Part shown: piece by piece, positions 55,726-64,000 of the stretch | Position numbering within the stretch: position 1 is the stretch's first letter | Layout: each line of letters starts with the position of its first letter | Assembly: GCA_951406725.2 (NCBI GenBank) | Contig: OX597836.1 | Coordinates: 24,614,001 to 24,678,000 of the forward strand | Origin: Octopus vulgaris | Taxonomy: Eukaryota | Direction: 5' to 3' | DNA: 64,000 bases | Notes under the pieces: generated by a model | What the model saw: the letters and a program-made list of their open reading frames with translations, nothing else | Database searches by the model: none | What the model was told of the DNA's origin: nothing | Program-made: the position numbers and the translations under genes

Positions 55726-56076
55726 TGTGTGTGTATGCGGCAATAGTTTTTCGTATCACCGTGCTGTTAAAAGCACGATTACGTTGAAGTTTTCTCTTTC
55801 TCAGCAAGATTTTGTCTGTCACGTTTTCTGATGACTTCCGTATAGTTTGTTTTAATTTGTTGAAAATGATGAAAGCCCCCAAAACCCTGTCCCAATGTCC
55901 GCCATTAATCTCATGGAATTAGTGTTGCCTACTACAAAATGGCAGGAACCCACGCCAACACCAACGTCTTCAGTCTGAATCTGTTTCTGTGAAGGTCTGG
56001 AAACGTTGATGGTGGAATATAGAATGTTTCTTCTCCACACAAACTACAAAGAACTTATCAGAGAATATGTGAGAAA

Positions 56077-56114
<38 letters not shown>

Positions 56115-56232
56115 CTGATTCGATTGTGAGGGATAAGCAATTTTGATATCTTCTCGCACGTTAATTAAACTAAGAGTTCTCTCAAGATATGAAATCGTAA
56201 GTAACGAAATGCTGACAGCTGGACCATAGCGA

Positions 56233-56299
<67 letters not shown>

Positions 56300-57169
56300 T
56301 GTGAGTGTGTGTGTGTGTTGACAGATAGAAAATGACTCAGTGTTGTTTTCTTCATCCCCCGAATGTATTGTTCTGATTCGTTGTTTTGAACATCTGATTT
56401 ATATTATTATGTTGCCCTCTACTGTATTCCTCATGCTATGGTTGATAGGGATTTTGGTGTAAATTTATGGTTCGTGTGAATCCGAGAACCGTATTTTATG
56501 AAGCGGTAATAATCGGGAGATTCCTGTCCTTCAAAATGTTGCTATCTGTGTGTCCTAAAAACTAAGATGATGCAGAGGTTGTAGGATTGAAAGAAATATT
56601 GGTTTGAATTTTTGGCTCAAGGCCAGCGGGGCGGGTGGAATGAGTCGGTTATACCTAACCCAGCGTTTCACAGGTACTTATTTTATAGACATCGGAAGGA
56701 TGAAAGGCAAAGTCGACCTCGGCGGAATCTGAACTCAGAACGTCAAGGCGGACGAAATGCCGCTAGGCATTTTGCCCGGCACGGTAACGATTCTGCCAAT
56801 TCCCTGCCTTAACGGAAAAAAAATATTGTTTTCTATTAAAAGCACAAGGCCTGAAATTTTGTGGGAGGGAACAAGTTGATTGCATCGACCCCAGTTCTCG
56901 ATTGGTACTTATTTTATTGACCCTGAAAGGATGAAAGGCTAAGTCGGCCTCAGCGGAATTTGAACTCAGAACTTGAAGTCAACGAAATGCCTCTGAACTT
57001 CTAGCCGAGTGTGCCAACGATTCTGCTAGCTCGCCGCCTTAATTGAAAGAGATTTTAACAATATTTAATAAGCCACAAATGGTTCTATAAAAGCAATAAT
57101 GGGCCGATTTTATGCTATCGCTGAGTCAAAAGTATTTCCTCTTCTTCTTCTTCTTCTTCTTTCTTCTTC

Positions 57170-57236
<67 letters not shown>

Positions 57237-57619
57237 GATTATTATTCAAAACACTTGGTTTTCGTAAAATACAAAGACAAGTACTGTTTCTTGAATTAGT
57301 TTTTGACTAAAACTGGCAATGGCCCGTGGTCCCGACCCGCTATATTTTGAGCTCAAATGCCGCGCCGAAGTCAATTTTCTTTTATTCTTTCAAGGTCGTG
57401 AAAAGCAGTACCAATCTGGGGCAGATAATGTAAGCACGTTGTTGAATCGGGTGTCTTGCAGTATTTCATTCCGATTCCTTGCACTCTGACAGCAACATCT
57501 GCGATGATAATGGTGCCAAGCTGTATGGGCCCGTGTTGACGGCTTTTTTTCTTGAACAAAAATCAGAGATATGACGGACATAAATGTGCAGATGCTTGAC
57601 CGATGGAAAACCTACATAT

Positions 57620-57829
57620 ACTCTTTACTCTTTTTACTTGTTTCAGTCATTTGACTGCGGCCATGCTGGAGCACCGCCTTTAGTCGAGCAAATCGACCCC
57701 GGGACTTATTCTTTGTAAGCCCAGTACTTATTCTATCGGTCTCTTTTGCCGAACCGCTAAGTGACGGGAACGTAAACACACCAGCATCGGTTGTCAAGCA
57801 ATGCTAGGGGGACAAACACAGACACACAA

Positions 57830-57860
<31 letters not shown>

Positions 57861-57985
57861 CATATATACGACAGGCTTCTTTCAGTTTCCGTCTACCAAA
57901 TCCACTCACAAGGCATTGGTCGGCCCGGGGCTATAGCAGAAGACACTTGCACAAGATGCCACGCAGTGGGACTGAACCCGGAACG
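57620..57985 (-). mobile_element. SINE family B, 5'-truncated
   Basis: Reverse complement of 50895-51272 with high identity. Confidence 0.88.
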
Positions 57986-58567
57986 ATAAAGAAAATTCAA
58001 TTGTCTTTTTCGCAAAATATTCTAAGAAAAACCAAAATATTTAGTATGACTTCCAAATTCTGTTGCCACATCAAATATTTTTGTCTAATTAGGACGTTCT
58101 ACATAAATCAAGTACATGTAGAAAAATTCTCTAGTAGTAGTAGCCTCAGCATAATCCAGGCGTAGCACAGCATGACAAAATGCTCAGGCTGGGTGACAGT
58201 TGGAGATTTCAAAACTATTGCTGCCGTGATATAATAAAGGCGATGTTGAAGAGCCAACATCGCCGTACAAATAGAAAACATATGAAGTAAACAGTTTGGT
58301 GAGCGAGGAATACGGTGAAGAGGTTTTGGGCGAGAGAAATAGAGTCTTTAGGGCAAGAAGTGGAAGGAGTCTCCCTTCCTCCTCTTCTTCTCCTCCTCCT
58401 CTTCTCCTCCTCCTCCTCCTCCTCCTTCATTGTTGTAATTTTGCATCTCACTAGAAAATCTGGAACCGAACACCCACCAACAGCAACTCACGCACATCAA
58501 GCTAAGAGTGGAACACTATGTTGTCACTTGACCTGCTAGAAATGGAAGCTAAATTTCTCTCTCCCCT

Positions 58568-58607
<40 letters not shown>

Positions 58608-59010
58608 ACTCTTAGATCTCACCCTACCATAACGAATAAGATAAAAAATGCATTAAATAATCTAGTCCTGCAGATGAAAGGGTCAAGGCTGGATTGAGGT
58701 TAATCATAAGACAGCTGCACCAGCAAATATAATACTCTCATATATACATATATGTGCGCATACATACATACATAAATATATAAATATTATATATTCATGT
58801 ATACTTACACGCGCGCGCGCGCGCACACACACACACACACATATATAGGATAATAATAAAGCTGGGGTGGAGAACGAGTGCATAGTGTGTGGGGTTATTT
58901 GGCAAAAACAAATGGAAAGAAAAGAGCATTCCCAAATATAACCATTTCTGTTTCAACATACGACTTCTCAGCAGGAATCTTGCAAAACAAATGCATACAC
59001 GCGTGTAGAT

Positions 59011-59091
<81 letters not shown>

Positions 59092-59860
59092 CAGACAGAC
59101 AGACAGACAGACAGATATATATATAGAGAGAGATAGAAAGATAGATAGATAGATAGATAGATAGGTATGTATGTATGTATGTATGTATGTAGGTAGGTAG
59201 GTAGGTAGGTAGGTAGGTAGGTAGGTTGGTTGGTTGGTAGGGAGGTAAGCAGGTAGATAGATAGAGATGTAGAGGTGGGGAGAGATGTATGATAAAATAG
59301 CGTTCCAGCGCTGACCATCCATTAGTGTATATCAAGAACTAACATTGTCCAGTGTACGAGTCATTTCGTCCGATCTTCCTATCAGTCACCCAATTCGCCG
59401 CCTGTGAAAAATAAAAAGAAACAGAAAACGGACTGGATTACCACGGATGGAACGCCTCCGAACAGTTCGATCAGAGCTGATAAGGGTATTAGCAACAACA
59501 ATAACTAAGCAAAGCGAATTATCAAATCTAATTGAGAATTTCATTATTTTATTTGCACGCCGGGCGAAATGCTTCCTTGTCTTTACGTTTTGAGTTCAAA
59601 TTCCGCCGAGGTCGACTTTGCCTTCCATCCTTTCGGGGTCGATAAATTAACTACCAGCTGCGTGCTATCGGCTGGTCTCCTCCCCCACCCAAATTTCGGG
59701 CCTTGTGCCTAGAGTAGAAAAGATTATTTTCTTATTTGTTTCTAGCAATTTATTCGACGTTGACGGTGTTTCAAACCCGGCTTAAATACGCCGGGATTAA
59801 AATTCAATAAAGGAAAGTTATGAATTTTCAAATAAGGCTATCTCCACCATCACCACCTCT

Positions 59861-59891
<31 letters not shown>

Positions 59892-60057
59892 CCACAACGA
59901 CCACCACCACCTGTTTTTAATCTCAATTAATTTACAACTTGTTTTTAGTTACATAATTGAATTAGTTTCTGCGATAGTAATAATTACATGTGTGAGGGGA
60001 TTTTCCGTGCGCACGCGTGTATAAATATATGTAGGTGTATATACATACATACATACA

Positions 60058-60093
<36 letters not shown>

Positions 60094-60596
60094 TATGAGA
60101 ATTTTAATGGAGATAAAACTCCTGTATATAGTACAACTGTTTTTTCGCTCGTATATGAGGTAAAGGTTAGTAAAGTTTGGTGTACGATAAAAATTTCAGA
60201 TATTTGTCTTAAGCATTCGGACAAGCAAATTCATAATTCAGAAGTATAACATGAGGTATTATTCTATTCAAATAACCACATATTTATATTAAGAGTTAGA
60301 TGATAAGAATATAGAAATATAAGAATATAAGCATAAAAAATAAAAACATTAAAATATATAAGGGGTACCATGAAAGTAGAAAATATATTAAAAGAGGCCT
60401 ATTGAAAGGATCAGTCCAAACCTACGGCCGTTTCAGATATAAGTTTTAAGGGGGCTGTAGGAAATAGTAAAAGTGTTCGCAACCCGGTATGGTCAATAGA
60501 CGCTGAAATATTCTCACCTAAAAAACATTTTAAAATTATTGAGGATGTAAACTTTCAATAATGAGAAACTACAATGCTACATGTGTGCTCATGCGC

Positions 60597-60650
<54 letters not shown>

Positions 60651-60808
60651 TTAAGCGCAGGTGTGTGTGTGTGGTTCGAAGCATATTTCCTCAACAACAT
60701 AGTTCTGGGTTCAGTCCCACTGCATACGACATTGGACACGTGTCTTCTACTATTATCTCTTCTACTATATATGTGTGTATATAAAAGAATATATATATAT
60801 ATATATGT

Positions 60809-60941
60809 ATCGTTGGCGATTTTTTTCCTCTGTCTTCCCTTCTCTGGATCTTTCCTTCTTTCCTGAGCGTCCAATAATACTATATTTGTTCCACGTCCTC
60901 GCGTTGTTGTGTTTTTTTGTGCTTTCTTGTTTGGATTAACT
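60809..60941 (+). mobile_element. Second copy of the 11727-11926 repeat family, lacking the hammerhead segment
   Basis: Aligns to the reverse complement of 11727-11910 except for a 54-nt deletion; embedded in (TA)n. Confidence 0.85.
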
Positions 60942-60957
60942 ATATATATATACTTAC

Positions 60958-61003
<46 letters not shown>

Positions 61004-61004
61004 T

Positions 61005-61060
<56 letters not shown>

Positions 61061-61143
61061 ATGTATGTATGTATGTAAGTATATATATATAGTTAATCCA
61101 AACATTAACTATATATATATTGGATTAACTATATATATATACT

Positions 61144-61258
<115 letters not shown>

Positions 61259-61898
61259 GTATGTACCTATGTATGTATGTACGTACATATACACCCACAG
61301 ACAATCGAATAAAGCAAGTACATTGTTCCTTCGCTATCATGCACCTGCTCATATTCGCATGACTCAGACAACTTTTAACTCCTGACATTTGCTTACGCAC
61401 GTCCACAGAGCTATTCACGTGCATGCGCAAACATTACCATACACTATTATATATATATATATTTATATTTATATATATATATATAATGTCACACGACTAT
61501 CTCGACGAGGTCACATTGACTACGACATTCATTGCACAATAGATACAAGGTCTAGTAACACACGTACACACACGCACATTATTATATTTATGTATGTGTG
61601 TGTGTGTGTGTGTGTGTAATGCATGTTTGTGTGGATACTGTTAAAGAGTTATATCTTAAGTTTTGTACAATCAGTTCATAGTCTAGATGCCACGAGGTCA
61701 TTTTTCTTTTTCAGACTTCGTAAATACGGTTAGTGTATAGGAATGTGTAGTGACATCTTTTGCGGAGTTGGCGTAAGGAGCGGAAGTGGACGGTGGGGAA
61801 TTTTCTATTTCCGGTTTATAAACATGCGAAATGGTTGAAAAATTTTTTTTGCGTGATTGCTTTAAATTCGACACATACTACAGGTTCTTTTCTTTGTT

Positions 61899-61943
<45 letters not shown>

Positions 61944-62279
61944 TGTGTGTGTGTGTGTGATGAGAGATTTAGTGAACGTTTCTGTGTCCATGACGCATAT
62001 TTCGGCAGAAAAACGTTCCCACAACTACTCTGTCATCTCCAGGAACATCACCCCACAAAAAACAAAAAAAAAAAAGCAAAAAAAAAAAAAAAAAGAGCAT
62101 ATATGGGGAATTAAATAAAACCGTGATCGACCCTTAACAGGAAATGATTATATCAGACAAATTATTATGAACAAGTAGCAAATCCACGAGAATCCAAACA
62201 GTCACTTTTATCCTTTTATTCTTTTACTCGTTTCAGCCATGCGGCTGCGGTCCTGCTGGAGCACCACTGTGGTTTTTTT

Positions 62280-62735
62280 TATTTCCTCAGTCTGGGGTAT
62301 TTCACATCACCACTTCTGTATGTGCCTTTGTCCCAGCTGTTGGTTCATTTGGTGTATAAGGGAATTTGATTCCGCTGCCCTTGTCTGCACCTTATGTCGG
62401 GTTGTTGGTTCATCCGGTATTGTCTAGTTCGATTTTTGCAGATTTCTTAATTTTTGTCGCAGTATTCGAGGTGTGTCCGTACAAAGAAGGAGAAAAGAGG
62501 AATAATGACACCTTGTTCTCGGGACCCGAAGGTTCTTAGTATCTAGGAGCTCATCCTACGAACTATATCGACCTTATTGTTGATGGGGGCGCCCCAGCTG
62601 AGTTTGTTATCAACAATGACTCCTATGTCTCTGACATTATTAGATGCTATGAGCGGTTCCCCTGAAGGAAGAGAGTATGGTTGTTTTAGCATAGACTTTC
62701 TTCCAAAATGCATCAGCTCAAATTTTCCTTCGTAA
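62280..62735 (-). mobile_element. CR1/L2-like LINE reverse-transcriptase C-terminal fragment
   Basis: The minus strand translates to EGKFELMHFGR...NVRDIGVIVDNKLSW, matching the K...MHFG...RDLGV.VD..L.W motif. Confidence 0.75.
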
Positions 62736-62897
62736 TGTAATTATAAAACCTGTAAATTACTAATGAGTTTGCTTAAATCAAAACATTTTAAACTAAAAAT
62801 GAAGACATTTAATGATATGTAAGGTAAATAAACTGAAATTAAAAGAAAAAAAATTGTAAACTTTTTTACTGAAGGCGAATTTTTAATATATTTTCAG

Positions 62898-63371
62898 ATC
62901 GTCAACACTCGGCCCAGTTGCCATTCGCTGAAGCCAGTCGTCGCTTTCTCAGCAACGTCATCAGGGGTGGATCCCTTGCTGGAGATGAAGCAACAAATTT
63001 GAATAGCTTCTCTCGTTCCAGGGACCACAGTAACAACAGTTATATTGTGAAGCACAAAGTATGGCCGGAACGCTTGCTGCTAACAGTCCTTGATGACAGC
63101 CTTTGCGTGATAAGCTCAACACTCGGCTTGAAGACCAAGTTCCTTGTTCTCAGTTTATTGGAATCCCTGTGTGGCAGTACCTTCGATAAGAATGCTCCGA
63201 CTGTAGGTCTTCAGACGTATTCTGTCAAAAGCCGGTTAGTCATGCCTCTGAAGAAGCCGGCAACGAAACACGAACTGCGACACGCTGTCTTATCTTACTA
63301 CACTCATTCTGTGAAACTTCTGCAGCTCGATCGTGCTTTGGACCGCACTGTGTCCATCTTAAATACAACCA
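62898..63371 (+). CDS. Internal coding exon: linker + N-terminal part of a von Willebrand factor A domain (same gene as 32864-33380)
   Basis: Acceptor TATTTTCAG|AT and donor A|GTAAGT bound a 474-nt, phase 1-1 exon that is open throughout. LLLTVLDDSLCV...KTKFLVLSLLESL...TVGLQTYS..SRLVMPL...TKHELRHAV follows the vWA beta1-alpha1-beta2-beta3-alpha pattern. Confidence 0.85.
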
Positions 63372-63422
63372 GTAAGTAAAACATTTGTTCATTGTTTTCC
63401 TTTTTACTTTTATCTTCATTTT

Positions 63423-63582
63423 ACGAGGGGGCGCTGAAAAGTTCCTGGATTTAAGGGTGTCGAGAAAGGCCTGGTTGGGGGCCCAACCTTCCGAGTTCTT
63501 ATATAGGGCTTAGAGAAAACTAAGGGACTGCTACAGTATTTTCTTTTAGCCAAAGCCAGAAACTTTCCAGCACCTCCTCATA
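63423..63582. mobile_element. Mariner-derived MITE
   Basis: TA-CGAGGGGGCGCTGAAAAGTTCCTGG ... CCAGAAACTTTCCAGCACCTCCTCA-TA TIRs. Confidence 0.78.
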
Positions 63583-64000
63583 TCTTTTGACCTTTGATGC
63601 TGTCTCTTATTATTTATCAATTTAAAGAATGGACAAGATAAAACAGTCTAACATACCATACAATGGCATTGTGCAGGATAATATAAATTGAATACGGGGA
63701 GATAATATAAAGAAAATTGAATTGCAGAATTTTTAAGTAGAAATTTATATGTTTCGATACGAGACGATGTAAATGATGATTTCAGTGGAAAACCCATAAT
63801 ATTGAATCGATCCCAATAGATGGCTGGTGTTTACTTTTTCCGCCGCATTCTTGGCCACGAATTTCTCAGGTGGGTATTGTCAAATAAATAGTTCCAGTTA
63901 TATTATTTTATCGGCTACAGAGGAAAAAAAGACAAACCACCTTTGATGTGATTTGAACGAAGAAACCAAACGTGACGAAATTAAAGCCAAGAGATTATTC

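Noticed and set aside
60421-60434. Minus-strand GAAACGGCCGTAGG resembling a hammerhead 3' half
   Set aside because: No CUGANGA-type 5' core or stem II partner was found nearby; at most a truncated remnant.
63249-63275. CTGAAGA...GAAA inside the vWA exon
   Set aside because: There are no supporting stems; it is a chance match in coding sequence.

Overview
This is eukaryotic, AT-rich DNA saturated with microsatellites and SINEs. The repeat families point to an octopus (coleoid cephalopod) genome; that assignment is an inference from recalled repeat families. Almost all ORFs in the supplied track are microsatellite or SINE artefacts. One real host gene is visible on the + strand. Its first coding exon (32864-33380) encodes a signal peptide, a Ser-rich tract, a duplicated PRRAR repeat and a 2-Cys spondin-type TSP1 module. 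A phase-compatible exon (62898-63371) encodes the N-terminal part of a vWA domain with a degenerate MIDAS, across a ~29.5 kb intron, and the gene continues beyond the window. Mobile DNA includes a decayed L1/Tx1-type LINE inside (GATA)n, an R4/Dong-type endonuclease fragment, a CR1-like fragment, a mariner relic interrupted by a hAT MITE with a perfect 8-bp TSD, mariner MITEs and three groups of tRNA-derived SINEs. The most notable signal is a set of about six short non-coding elements, mostly of unrelated sequence and mostly embedded in (TA)n tracts, each carrying a minimal type I hammerhead-ribozyme motif, usually with a palindromic stem III. These resemble Penelope-like element pseudo-LTRs or non-LTR retrozymes. 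The best case (16327-17266) is a 448-nt unit whose direct repeat begins at the predicted self-cleavage site. All folds and alignments were read by eye, not computed.
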